Shown here piece by piece: positions 1 to 13,400 of a DNA stretch of 64,000 nucleotides. Every line of letters starts with the position of its first letter. Within the stretch, counting starts at the first letter, position 1. A program made the position numbers and the translations under genes. The stretch is from the NCBI RefSeq assembly GCF_963921235.1, contig NC_086107.1:103294001-103358000 (forward strand), given 5' to 3'. Origin of the DNA: Mobula hypostoma. Its lineage: Eukaryota. A model generated the notes under the pieces. It worked only from the letters and a program-made list of their open reading frames with translations, was not told where the DNA came from and made no database searches.

Positions 1-1499
1 GGCTCTTCAGTACGTGAATGTGCAGAGAATGGAGGGATGTGGATCGTATTCTAACGGAACAGCTATGGCATCATTAGGACTAAGTGGTTCAGCACAACAT
101 CGTGGGGTGAAAGGCCTGTTCCTGTACTGTACTGGTCTGTGTTTTAACTAAGATTATTAAAGAATATTGCAAAGGCAAAACGCTGCACGAGCTGGGTATC
201 AGAACGAAAACAGAAAATACCGGTCACGAGCAAGAGAAAACCTGCAGACGCTGGAAATCCGAACAACACACGCTAAACGCTGGAGGAACTCAGCAGGCCA
301 GGCAGCATCTAGGAAAAGAGTACGGTCGAAGGGTTTTGGCCCAAAGCGTGGACTAGATGCTGCCTGGCCTGCTGAGTTCCTCCGGCATTCTGTGTGTGTT
401 GCTCAGAAAATACTGGTACGTACTCAGCTGTGGAAGAAGAAACAGTTTAATGTTATGGTTTGGGACCCTTCAGAACTGAGAAAAGCTGTGAGTTGGCTGA
501 GGACAATGGGTGGGATAAAGAGAAACCCTCTGATAGAATGAAATAAAGGGGCGATTAAATTTACGACACCTCAACACCCAACTTCTCTGCTTCTTAGACT
601 AATATGTGGCTTTGTCACTTCTGATCACCTGAAACATTAACCGTTCCTCCATCCACAGATGTTGCCCGACCAGCCGAGTGTTTCTGGCATTTTGCAACTG
701 GAATAAAGATCTGTAGGAAATGTTCAGGTGGTTGGGCAGCTTCTGTGGTGAGAGGAACAGACTGATCTTTCAGGTCAACACACACACAAAATGCTGGAGG
801 AGCTCAGCAAGTCAGGCAGCATCTGTGGAAGTGAATAGATAGCTTACACGTCGGGCCGAAACCCTTCTTCAGGACTGGGGCGGGGGGGGGAAGATGCCAG
901 ATTTTAGAGGTGGGGAGTTGGGGAAGGAGGCTTGCTGGAAGGTGATAGGTGAAGCCACTTAGGTGGGAAAGGTCAAGGGCTGGAGAAGAAAGAATCTGGT
1001 GGGAGAGGAGAGTGGACCAGAGGAGAAAGGGAAGGAGGAGCTCCCTCCAACACTCTGTGGTATGTTGCTTTGGATTTCCAGAATCTGCAGACTTGCTGAT
1101 GTCCGTGACCTTTCAGGTCAATCTGCCGAACTCAGTGGTTCCAACCTGGGGGTCTTTGATTCCTTGCTTAATGGTATTGGTCCAAGGCATAAAAAAGGTC
1201 GAAAAGCTCAGGTCTAGCTGATTATTATCGTTCTGATGGTTTGGGTTGCTTGTTCCAGCCCCTTACGGTACTTTGACTAAACTTTGGAAAGGTATTTTGT
1301 CGTTAGTAACTGCTCTGGAATGCCCGGGGATAATAGCAGGTGGTATATGAAGGCAAGTCTTCATTAAACAAGAGAGCACGAAGCTGAAACCCGTCACAGT
1401 TGGGTGAGTTATTAAATATCCAAAGTTCAAACAGTAAGAACAGACACCACAGGGGTGAGGTTCGGGCAGAGAAAGGGAGAAAACCAAGAAAGTCATGTT

Positions 1500-2312
1500 C
1501 AGATAGAACATTACAACACAGTACAGGCCCTTCGGCCCTCAATGAGCTAACCTTTTAACCTACTCTAAATAGTCTAACCCTTCCCTCCTACATAACCCTC
1601 CATTTTTCATGTACCCAAGAGTTTCCTAAATGCCCCAAATGCATCTGCCTCTACCACTGCCCCTGGCAGGACATTCCACACCCCCACCACTCTGAGCGAA
1701 GAATTTACCTCTGACATTCTCCCTAAACTTTCCTCCAATCACCTAACAATCATGCCCCCTTGTATTAACCATTCCCACCCTGAGAAAGAATCTCTGGCTG
1801 TCCACTCTATCTATGCCTCTCATCATCTTGTACACTTCTTAACAAAGGCACCACGGTAGCACACCGGTTAGCGCGGCGTTATTACGGCCCAGGGCATTCC
1901 GGAGGTCAGCGTTGGATTCCAGCACCGTTCTGTAAGGAGTCTTTGTTCTGTGGAACTCCTGTGGAATGCAAGGGCTTTCCCCTGGGTGCTCCAGTTTCTT
2001 CCCACAGTCCAGAGACGTACCGGATAGGTTCATTGGGCATTGTAAATTGCCCGTGATTAGGTTAGGGTTAATCGGGGTCGTGGGGTCACTGGGATGCCAT
2101 GGCTTGAAAGGGTCTACTTCGTGCTGTTCTGCTAAATAAATAATTCGAGTCACCTCTCATCCTCCTTTGTTCCAAAAAGGCCCTAGCTTGCTCAACTTTT
2201 CTTCATAAAACTTACCTTTTTGTCCAGGCAGCATCCTGGTAAATATCTTCTACACCCTCTCTGAAGTTTCTACGTCGTTCCTATAACGAGGTAATCAGAA
2301 CCCAACACAATA
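1500..2312 (-). mobile_element. CR1 LINE 3' fragment (continues at ~4740-4765), containing a V-SINE at ~1845-2145
   Basis: Typical CR1 3' sequence (ggcccttcggccc, tccaggcagcatcctggtaaat) shared with many copies in the window. Confidence 0.7.
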
Positions 2313-4742
2313 GGGGAGGAGAAGATGGCGGCGCGACGCAGTGTGCGCGGCCGCTCCGAAATGATATCGTATTTGTTAAGTAGGGGCCGAGCACAATCCT
2401 GATTTGATGGAGACAGATGTGAGAAGCACAGAGGAACATCTGGAGAAACTTCTGAAATTAGATTAGATTAGATTAGTCATACTTTATTAATCCCGGAGGA
2501 AATTGGTTTTCGTTACAGTTGCACCATAAATAATAAATAGTAATAAAACCATAAATAGTTAAATAGTAATACGTAAATTATACCAGGAAATAAGTCCAGG
2601 ACCAGCCTATTGGCTCAGGGTGTCTGACCCTCCAAGGGAGGAGTTGTAAAGTTTGATGGCCACAGGCAGGAATGACTTCCTATGACGCTCTGTGCTGCAT
2701 CTCAGTGGAATGAGTCTCTGGCTGAATGTACTCCTGTGCCCAACCAGTACATTATGTAGTGGATGGGAGACATTGTCCAAGATGGCATGCAACTTGGACA
2801 GCATCCTCTTTTCAGACACCGCCGTCAGAGAGTCCAGTTCCATCCCCACCACATACTGGCCTTACGAATGAGTTTGTTGATTCTGTTGGTGTCTGCTACC
2901 CTCAGCCTGCTGCCCCAGCACACAACAGCAAACATGATAGCACTGGCCACCACAGACTCGTAGATCATCCTCAGCATTGTCCGGCAGATGTTAAAGGACC
3001 TCAGTCTCCTCAGGAAATAGAGATGGCTCTGACCCTTCTTGTAGACAGCCTCAGTGTTCTTTGACCAGTCCAGTTTATTGACAATTCGTATCCCCAGGTA
3101 TTTGTAATCCTCCACCATGTCCACACGGACCCCCTGGATGGAAACAGGGGTCACCGGTACCTTAGCTCTCCTCAGGTCTACCACCAGCTCCTTAGTCTTT
3201 TTCACATTAAGCTGCAGATAATTCTGCTCACACCATGTGACAAAGTTTCCTACCGTAGCCCTGTACTCAGCCTCATCTCCCTTGCTGAAGCATCCAACTA
3301 TGGCAGAGTCATCTGAAAACTTCTGAAGATGACAAGACTCTGTGCAGTAGTTGAAGTCCGAGGTGTAAAGGGTGAAGAGAAAGGGAGACAAGACAATCCC
3401 CTGTGGAGCCCCAGTGCTGCTGATCACTCTGTCGGACACACACTGTTGCAAGCACACATACTGTGGTCTGCCAGTCAGGTAATCAAGAATCCATGACACC
3501 AGGAAAGCATCCACCTGCATCACTGTCAGCTTCTCCCCCAGCAGAGCAGAGCGGATGGTGTTGAACGCACTGGAGAAGTCAAAAAACATGACCCTCACAG
3601 TGCTCGCTGGCTTGTCCAGGTGGGCGTAGACACGGTTCAGCAGGTAGACGATGGCATCCTCAACTCCTAGTCGGGGCTGGTAGGCGAACTGGAGGGGATC
3701 TAAGTGTGGCCTGACCATAGGCTGGAGCAGCTCCAGAACAAGTCTCTCCAGGGTCTTCCTGATGTGGGAGGTCAAAGCCACCGGTCTGTAGTCATTGAGG
3801 CCGCTGGGGCACGGCGTCTTCAGCACACGGACGAGGCAGGATGTCTTCCACAGCACAGGAACCCTCCGGAGCCTCAGGCTCAGGTTGAATACATGGCGAA
3901 GTACTCCACATAGCTGAGGGGCACAGGCTTTGAGCACCCTGGTACTGACACCATCCAGTCCTGCAGCCTTGCTTGGGTTGAGACGTTTCAGCTGTCTTCT
4001 CACCTGTTCGGCTGTGAAGCCCACCGTGGTGGTTTTGTGTGGGGAAGGGGTATAGTCAAGAGAGCAGGGTGAGGGACTGTGAGGAGGGGTAGGAGGGGAG
4101 AGTGGAGTATGTGTTGGTTGGAGGCCGACAACAGATGGCTCATGTGGGGGATGGGCAGGGGCCACAATGTCAAATCTGTTAAAGAACAGGTTAAGTTCAT
4201 TGTCCCTATGCCTGAAATGCCGGATTCGCTGCCGCTGCTACTGTGCGATCGAGAATCTCTGGAGGGGAAGGCCCCAAATCCTCGGCTTTGCCTATTGCTT
4301 GTTGCTGGGGCCGGGGTCGAAGCGCTTGGCAGAGATGGTGCTCGGTGTCGGAGGCTCGAAGTTTTCGGACAGACTCAGAGTTGGCTGTGGTCGGGTGCTT
4401 CCAGGATGCTGCATTGGCAAGTTTGCGGCGCTGGAAGCTCATGGCAGGGAGAGTTTTTTTTCTTCCTTCTACCGTCTGCGTGAGATGATGGGACTTTCGA
4501 GAGACTTTGAGACTTTTTTTTTTACCGTGCCCATGGTCTGTTCTTTATCAAATTATGGTGTTGCTTTGCACTGTTGTAACTATATGTTTTAATTATGTGG
4601 TTTTTGTCAGTTTTTCAGTCTTGGTTTGTCTTGTGTTTCTGTGATATCACACCGGAGGAACATTGTATCATTTCTTAATGCATGCATTACTAAATGACAA
4701 TAAAAGAGGACTGTGTGTCCTCAGAATCTAATCTAATCTAAT
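2313..4742 (+). mobile_element. Non-autonomous SINE-like retroelement split by the Rex1/Babar insertion
   Basis: 2313-2458 plus 4212-4742 align by eye with the uninterrupted copy at 23335-23940; ends in AATAAA...(AATCT)n. Confidence 0.75.
2459..4211 (-). mobile_element. 5'-truncated Rex1/Babar-clade LINE (reverse transcriptase), relatively young
   Basis: ORF 2825-4165 has LQFAYQP, MFFDFSSAFNTI, GAPQG.VLSP.LFTLYT and LQKFSDD, with a frameshifted C-terminus in 2607-2852. It has a (CTAAT)n tail and a 7-bp TSD CTGAAAT (2452-2458/4212-4218). Confidence 0.88.
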
Positions 4743-5789
4743 ATTCCAAGTGTGACCTAACCAAATAACCAGGTATTTTTAAGTTGCTCATTACACAACC
4801 GATTTATTATTCCAGAACAATCCATAGATTACGAGGGGGCTAAGGTATTATCGTGTGTATTCTGACCGATGATGTATCAATCACTCATTGTCGTAGGTCA
4901 GGTCACAGCTAGATGACACAAGGTGGTGGTTTCTGCCCCTGCTCAGCCAGCAGACACAAGCACACACTGACCCTCCGTCTGCTGGAGGGGAGGAGGTGTT
5001 GTCTCACGACAGAGACGTTCCTGTTTGCACTTCCCCATGGACCAGGACGAGGATGACGGTTATCTGCAATATTTACATTGTAAATATTTTACACTCATAT
5101 GCACACACAAGCCACACGCTTGCCTATACAGAGATAAAAACAGGCACATGATCAGCAAGTCAGATCAGACAGCATCTGTTGTCTCGCTCAGGTCTGTGGT
5201 GCTGCCTGACTCGCTGAGCTCCTCCAGTATTTTGTGTAAGTTGCTCAAGATTTTGCAAACCTGCAGAATCTCTCGTGTTTATCACAAACAACACACGTAC
5301 ACTCATACACAGACAAAAAACACACACACACACACACATGCATACACAAGGGATGGGGGAAGGGAACCATTGATGTCATAGCCCTGAAAACAATGGGTAG
5401 TAGAAGGAGGAGGCGGGTAACAGATGGTGGCGGAGACACATTCCCAGGAAGGAGACGTGGCTGTGGTAGCGGGTCTGAGTCAGGATGCGGTCAAAGAGTC
5501 GGGGAGAGGCGGATATCACAGAGGGGGAGCAGTGAGAGAGAGTTTCAATTTGTCTTTTGTAATTTGTAATTTGTCTTTCAAATTACTGGTCTTCCAATTG
5601 AAGCTACAAGCATTCTTCAAATCCTTCCCCATCTTTCATTCTTCAGTCCTGACAAAGGGTTCCGGCCCAAAAGGTCGACTCATCGTTTCTAACGCTGAGT
5701 TTCTCCAGCGCACTGAAAGTGCTGCTTTGATCACAGCATCTGCAGATTATTTTGTGTTTATGACCCATCTATTAACACCAGCCTAATGA

Positions 5790-5950
5790 CAGGACCAATT
5801 AACCTGCTAACCAGGGAGGAAACCGGAGCACCCGGAGGAAACCCACGCGGCCACGGGGAGAACGTACAAACTCCTTACAGGCAGCGGCGGGAATTGAACC
5901 CGGGTCACTGGCGCTGTAAAGCGATGCGCTAACCACTACACTACCATGCC
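5790..5950 (-). mobile_element. tRNA-derived V-domain SINE (HE1-like); other copies at ~18500-18690, 20590-20710, 30680-30845, 46900-47130, 57160-57360, 59220-59620
   Basis: V-SINE core GCGTGGGTTTCCTCCGGGTGCTCCGGTTTCCTCC with an upstream B-box-like GGTTCAATTCC. Confidence 0.75.
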
Positions 5951-6189
5951 GCTGGCCCCACTTCCTGCTGATTTTAGGTTTCCGTTAGTATTGAGTTCCT
6001 GCTGGTGCCCCACACAGGCGAGTAGATTCAATCTTTCACCTCAGGGCGATTTAAAGTGGGGTGTAGGAGGAAACCAGAACACCGGGAGAACTTGTTCAAG
6101 CACAGGAAGTCCATACACACAGTATCAGAGGTCAGGATTGAACCCAACACAACAGCACAGTGAGGCAGTGGTTCTATCACAATGTCATC

Positions 6190-6820
6190 CACTGAGAACT
6201 CCTGTGTCCTCAGCGGATGACACCCTCTGCCTCTATTTTCTTCGAAGTTTGCACAGATTCGGCACGTCACCTAAAACTTTGACAGACTTCTATGACTTCT
6301 AGAGAGAGTATCCTGACTGGCTGCATCAAACAACTTGGTGTGGAAGCACCAATACCCAAGACTGGAGAACCCTACCAAAAGTAATGGATACAGCCCAGTC
6401 CACCAGAGGAAAAGCTCCCCCTACATCTACAGGGAGTGCTGCCACAAGAAAGCAACATTCATCTTTGAGGACCGCCCTCCCCCCCCCGCCACCATCCAGG
6501 TCATGCTCTGTTCTCGCTGCTGCCATCAAGGAGGTGGTACAGGAGCCTTAGGTCCCACACAGCCAGGTTCAGGAACAATTATTACCTCTCAACCATCAGG
6601 CTCCTGAACCAGCATGGATAACTTCATTTACCTCCACCCAGAACTGATCCCTTAACCTACAGACTCACTTTGAAGGACTCAACAATTCATGGTTGTTTGT
6701 CCGTCTTTGTGTGTAGTTTTTCATTTTTTTGTTCCATCGTGAATACGCGCAAGAAAATGAATCTCAAGGCAGTATATGATGACAGATATTTACTTTGATA
6801 ATTAATTTACTTTGAACTTT
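6190..6820 (+). mobile_element. Decayed Rex/Babar-like LINE 3' fragment
   Basis: LYFLRSLHRFGTSPKTLTDFY remnant; 3' tail ...ataattaatttactttgaacttt. Confidence 0.6.
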
Positions 6821-6878
6821 GTGTTTTAGGAACCTTTTGTGCACTGACATTTACAAATCTCTGTTTAAAAAAATATTC

Positions 6879-6884
6879 TTTATT
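6879..6884 (-). terminator. Candidate PMM1 polyadenylation signal AATAAA
   Basis: tttatt on + strand, ~440 nt after the stop, at the end of a unique stretch just before a LINE remnant. Confidence 0.5.
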
Positions 6885-7324
6885 TCTTTCATTCCTACTA
6901 AAGAGAATAAATTCACATCTGTCACCGTATCATGGGCCGTGCTTTTTGTCGACACACAGCACTGTAGATGGGATTGCCAACATTCCCTGCTCAGATATGC
7001 TATGTCAACAGTCACGGTGTAGTGGTGATTAGTGGCCAATAGGTGGTGCTGGGGAGCACATTGCAAGCACATGCTCCCAACTCCAGTTGGTTCTGGTGTG
7101 CACAAAATGATAACCGTACCAGACTGAGGGTGAATGACAAAGAATTCAAGTAGTATTGGCATCATCTGCTGATATGGAATTGTAACGGAGGCACATCCCA
7201 CAAACGCAGTTGATATTAACATCTCTCCCCACCAGAGAACAGGGGAATGTTTCTACATTCAGATTTCCGTGAAGTCCTGCAGAAGATAACTTCGGGTCCA
7301 GGTCTGGGAATGGTAGTGTGTGGC

Positions 7325-7432
7325 TCATTCGCGCAGGAAGAGTTCTTTGCACAGTCTGACAGTATCCTCTGGTGACACCACTGTGTATCCAATTGTCCTG
7401 GGATCATGAAAGATCTCATGGTCATTACCGCC
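7325..7432 (-). CDS. PMM1: PMM1 exon 8 coding part ([35 protein letters not shown])
   Basis: Acceptor ACACAG|, GGND motif, TGA at 7325-7327. Confidence 0.95.
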   Translation of the reverse strand, partial: GGNDHEIFHDPRTIGYTVVSPEDTVRLCKELFLRE

Positions 7433-10400
7433 CTGTGTGCAAAAGACACTGGAGTCAATTTCTCTTCCCCTCCTCAGCGCGCTCCTTCCCTGGGCCCCAC
7501 AGAATAATCTCATCCAAGCATCTTTCATTGACAGGCCCGATAAGCCTGGATTTCCACTAGAGGGAGCGTTATGGTCCAGTACCAACATGCCCATGATTCA
7601 GTCAGTGATCAGATGGAACTAGAACTCCTGTTTAGTTTTGCTTCCCTTGAGCGGAGGCTCACTGCCCTGCCAGTGTAGCCCTTACTGGTGTTGGGTCTCC
7701 AGTGTAACGGCCCCATCAAAACCAACAACCACCAGACACGGCACTCCCCTCCCAAGGTACATGCTTACACAGAAAATAGAATGGTACGGTACAGTACATG
7801 TTCTTCAGCCCATGTTGTTGTGCCAACCTTTTAACCAACCTTGAGATCAATCTAACCTTCTCTCCCACATAACCCTCCATTTTTTTTTCCATCCATGTGA
7901 CTAAGAGACTCTTAAATGTCCCTAACATATCTCCTCTACCACCACCCTGGCAGTGCACTCCACACACCCACCACTCTCTGTGGAAGAAAGACTACCTCTG
8001 GCATTCCCCCCCCCCATATACTTTCCTCCAATCACCTTAAAATTATACCCCTTCATATTAGCCATTTTCACCCTGGGATAAAAAGCTCTGTCTATCCATT
8101 TGATCTATGTCTCTTAACACCTTGTCAAGTCACCTCTCATTCTCCTTCACTCCAAAGCAAAAAGCACTAGCTTGCTCAACCTAGCCTCATAAGACATGCT
8201 CTTAATCTAGGCAGCAGCCTGGTAAATCTTCAGTGCACCTTCTCTAAAGCTTCCAATCCTTCCTATAATGAGGCGACCAAAACTGAACACAACACTCCAA
8301 GTGTGGTCTAACCAAAGTTTTACAGAGTTGAAACATTACCTCACAACTCTTGAACTCTATCCCCCGATTAATGATGGACAAGACACCATTTGCCTTCTTA
8401 ACAACCCTATCAACTCGCTCGGCAACTTCGAGGAATCTACAGACATGGACCTCAAGATCCTGCTGTTCCTCCACATTGCTAAGAATCCTACCATTAACCC
8501 TGTACTCTGCCTTCAGATACGACCTTCCAAAGTGTATCACTCCACACTTCTCTGCAGTGAACTCCATCTACAACTATCCAGCCCAGCTCTGCATCCCAAC
8601 AATGTCCCATTGCAACCTATGTCATTTTTGGCCAACTTTTCAGTGGGATGGGTCCAACGTGCGGTCTTGAAGCAGCCAAACCACCAGCAAACACTTGTTA
8701 AGAGATGGCTCACCAGTGAGCAACTAGTCAAAAACTAACTGTGGACAGCCTGGTTTCCAATGGTTAATGGGTCACCCAGTGCCTGTCCTGTTTATGGCCA
8801 CAGTGGTCAACAGATGTGCTCATTGGTCCCACGTGTATCAAGGATTCTACTTATCGAAGGGCTGCTTGTGAATGGCCTTGCTAATCAATGGCTTCCCCCA
8901 ATCAATGGATTCTCCTATCAATGGCTTTGTTCATCAATACATTGCCCCATTGGCCTCCTTCTTCATCATCTGGTTATATTCAAGATCTTGAAAGAAATGA
9001 GGGGTGGTTGGGCAGGGAGGATGATAGGGCCCATGATGGGTGGGTCTGTTGATGAGGGAGACCAACGAATGGGGGAGTCAGTTGCCGGAGATGGTTGATG
9101 GGGGGAAGAGATGTTGGTCTCTGACAGTGCAATTAGAGTGTCACATGGTGCCTGATAACTAGCCGAGCTGGTAGGCACGGTAGTCCGTCAATGCCAACTC
9201 TGACCGCTGGTCAACCCCTGATCCACATCAACCCACAACCCCTTGTATTCTTCTGACCTCCAAACCTACCCCTATCCCTTTGTCAACGCTCCTAAAGTTA
9301 CCAACCCCAACTGGACCTTATGCTCCCTGACCCCACAACCTTTGACCTCTCACCGATCTTCAACCTCTGTGCACCTCCTGACACCTTAACCCTTGAGTCT
9401 TCATCAACCTCAACTCTCTGCATCCCTCTTACCTCCCCACCCTTGGCCTAACAACCCCAGACACCTTATCAATCCCAATCCCCATTCATCATGAGTTCTC
9501 AACCCTTGACCTCTCATTAACCTGAACCCCTCACCAACCACCCCCCCCCCACCCATCCGTGGTCAACGCACTAATCCCTCACAGCCCGTGATGTCTGGTC
9601 AAGGTCCAGACCCTCAGTGAAACTTTACCGGGTCGGTCTCATTCCCAAAGAAGTGGATCGTTTTAATTCCGTCCTTTTCCAGGATATCCAGGCAGTAGCG
9701 CTTGTCCCAACCCTCGGGGTAGATGTCAAAGCTGATCATGCCCCCTGTAAGAAGGGGGAAGAGGAGAGATGGGGGGGCAGAGGGGAGAGAGTGGGGGAGG
9801 AGGGAGGGAGAGGGGAAAGAAGAGGGGAGAGAGAAAGGGAAAGGAGGGGGAGAGAAAGGGAAAGGAGGGGGAAGGGAAAAGGGAAAGAAGAGGAAGGATG
9901 GGTAGTGAGGGTGGTGTAGGGACAGAGGTCAAGAGATGGGGGCGAATGAGAGGGGCAAGGGAGAGAGTGGTGGAGGGGAGAGGGGGAGGGGAAGGGAGGG
10001 AAGGACAGGGCGGGGGACAATTATGAGTCTTGAGATACTCCACATCCCAGTATCACATTCTCTCACCTCCCCAACCTCTCCCCTCCCACTCCCCCCCAAA
10101 GATAAGGTCCCGTTTCCCCTACTAATTGCATGTAAAGACATTTTTCATCACAGAAACTGACCCTTTGGCCTGTTGTCTCCATGCTGCCCCCTGTATCTAC
10201 CCACACCAATCCCATGAACCCAAATTGTCTCTGTGGCCATATGCCTCAGTGATTCAGATCCTTAACTAGATGCCTTTTAAATGCTGGGAGAGTCTGTGTG
10301 TCCACCACCCCCTCAGGCAGTGTGCTCCTGACTCCAGTCCCCCAGAGTGACAAAAACTAATTCCCGCACCCCCACACATACAGATCCCCTCTAAACAAGC

Positions 10401-13400
10401 TACACAAACCTTTGCCTTCGTGGTTCAGGTGCTCTCGCCACGGGAAAAAGATCTTTGCTATCTACTGCCATTATCCTAATTTTACACACCTCCTGCAGCA
10501 GGCCACCCTGGAAAAGGCAGCCCCTGACTCCATCCGCCAGTCTAAACCGTCACACTCTCCGTCAATGGCACACAGTGGCCGCGGTGTGTATGTCCACAAA
10601 ATGTGCCACAGTCAGTTGCCTGGGGTTCTCCAACAGCAGCTGACGGATCTGTGACCAGTTCCGTCACGGAAAAACGTTCCCAGGCAGGATGAGGAAAAGC
10701 TTCAAGGCTGTGCTCAAAGCCTCCTCGAGGAGACATAATATCCGCCATGACCCCAGGGAAGTCCTGGCCCACATGCACACAAGGTGAGAAAGACTGTTGG
10801 GAAAGGTATTAGGGACCTTGAATCTGTGCACAACGAACACACAGATTCCTCTTATCAAATTACACGCCTCTATCGTCTCTCCTCATCCTCCTTCGTTCCA
10901 AAGAGAAAAGCCCTAGCTCACTCAACCAATCCTCATAAGACATGCTCTCTAGTCCAGGCAGCGTCCTGGTAAATCTCCTCTGCACCTTCTCGAAAGCTTC
11001 CACATCCTTCCTGTAATGAGATGACTAGATTGAGAACACTCCAAGAATGGTCTAACCAGGGTTTTATAGAGCTGTAACACTACTTCATGGCTCTTGAACT
11101 CAATCCCCCGACTAATGAAGGCCAACACACCATTCCCCTTCTACGCTACCCTATCATCTTGCATGGCAACTCTGAGGGAGCTATGGACGTGGACCCCAAA
11201 ATCTCTCTGTTCCTCCACACTGCTAATAATCCTGCCATTAGCCTGGTTCTCTGTCTTCAAGTCTGACCTGCTGAAGTGTATCACTTCACACTTTGCCAGA
11301 GTAGGCAGCTGATGGGGTGACTGGGCATGTTGTGAGGTGGCAGGCATCGTCTCCAACTTACATGCGGCTTCTGTGCACTCCCAGGGCATGGACTCAAGGC
11401 TCCCAATACCGTCCTAACACACCTTCTCCTCTCCAAGTGTCCAGGGGTCAGAGGTTCCCTGGTCGGTACAGATACTATGTTTCCTCAAGGAGGCTTTGAG
11501 CGCATCCTGCCTGGCAATCTCTTCCCGTGACAGAGCTGGGAACAGAGTGCCTCTTTCAGGAATTGGGTGTGGGATCCGTGACCGATGAGGTCTGGCCAAG
11601 GGATAACCATTCCCTCGGTGCTGTGGTGTTGGGCTCTGGGAAAGGATCCCCTATCTTGCCTGTGGATTTGGTGGACTTGGCCGAGGTTCTCCTCAATGCT
11701 GTTGGAGGTAGCCGGTACAGCAGAACACTGGACAGACCAGAGCCCTCTGCTCCTGACTCTTCAAACACAGTTTTCCTCAGACTCTTAAAGGGTGTGCAGG
11801 TGCACTGAAGATAACGTTGAACTTCGTAAGTAACATTCAGCAAATTGGCATATTTGGAAAAACTATCTCGTGCTTTCCCGGCGTGTATGACGAATGAACT
11901 CTTCTCGGGCTACTTGTACCGGCTGGAAGACCAAGAAAAGTTTATTGGCATATTTGGCTTTGATCTTGGTATTGGCTTATTATGCCACATCTACACAGAG
12001 CACCATTTACTACCCTGACATCCATTTTCTCGCAGGCATTCACAGTTAATAGAATCAAAGAAGCTCTGCACACGGCATCTGCTTCAAGAGCCTGATTGTT
12101 GAGGGGTAATAATTGTTCCTGAACCTGCTGGTGTGGGACCTGAGGCTCCTGTATCTTCTTGAGGGAGCAGCGAAAAGAGAGCATGTTCTGGATGGTGGGG
12201 GTCTCTGATGATGGATCTGCTTTCCTGTGACAGCGCTCCGTGCAGACGTGCTCGATGGCGGGGAGGACTTTTCCCATGATGGGCTGGGCCATACCCACTA
12301 CTTTTTGTAGGATCTTCCAATCAAGGGCATTGGTGTTGCCATAGCAAGCCGTGAAGCCACCAGTCAATATATTCTTCACAACGCATCCACAGATGTTCGT
12401 CAAAGTTTTGGATGACACGTTGAGTCTGCACGACCTTCTATGAAAGCAGAGGTGCTGCTGTGCTTTCTTTGAAATAGCCCTTACTTGCTGGACCCAAGAC
12501 AGGTCCTCTGAAAGATAATGCCGAGGAATTTAAAGTTGCTGACCCTCTCCACCTCTGATCTCCTGATGAGGACTGGCTCATGGACCTCAGATTCCTCCTC
12601 CTGAAGTCAATAATCAGCTCCTTGGTCTTGCTGACATTGAGTTGCGGATTTTCAACCTCCCTCCTATAAGCTGATTTGGCACCATCTTTGATTCGGCCAC
12701 CAACAGTGATATCATCAGCAAACTTAAAACATGGCATTGGAGATGTTCTGATAGAGATTGTGGATCTCTTGGTTCATCCAGGGCTTCTGATTGGAGAAGA
12801 CTGGGCGTCTGTATGAAAGATCATCTTATCAGATGACTCTAATCTTGCATACTGTTCATACAGATCAATTATTACACAGTGCATTGAGGTAGAACGAGTT
12901 AAAGCAGTACAAAATACTGGAGAAAAGTGCAACAGTTACAGAGGAAGTTCTGTGCAGGCAGACAATGAAGCACAAGGTCATAAGGAGGTAGATTGTGAGG
13001 CTGACAGTCCATTCTGTTGCACTAAGGGACCATTCAAGAGTTTTCTAACAGAGGGTAGAAGCTGTTCCTGAGCCTGGTGGCATGTGCGTCCAGGCTGTTG
13101 TATCTTCTCCCAGGTGGGAGGGGTAAGAAGAGAGAACGGCCAGGGTGGGTGGGATCTTTGACTATACTGGCTGCTTCACTGAGGTATGGACAGTCCATAG
13201 AGGGGAGGCTGTGATGTGCCGGGCCGTGCCCACAGCTCTGCAGTTTCCTGTGCTCACGGACGGAGCAAGCCGTGGTACTTCCACACAGGACGATCCACGT
13301 GCTGCACCGATTAGAGTGGCTGAGAGTTTCACTTCATTACTGTCACAGATCACCAAACCCCTTCCCGAGGGCACGGCAGGAGACGCAGTTCCAATTCCTC

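Noticed and set aside
2825..4165. 446-aa RT ORF as a domesticated gene, retron or other prokaryotic-type system
   Set aside because: 5'-truncated, no endonuclease domain, frameshifted C-terminus, with tail and TSD: an ordinary LINE copy in a vertebrate genome
5880..5950. tRNA genes at B-box-like GGTTCAATTCC motifs
   Set aside because: These are heads of V-SINEs with no complete cloverleaf
1..6800. CSDC2, which is tail-to-tail with PMM1 in human
   Set aside because: No cold-shock-domain exon recognised; the region is almost all TE
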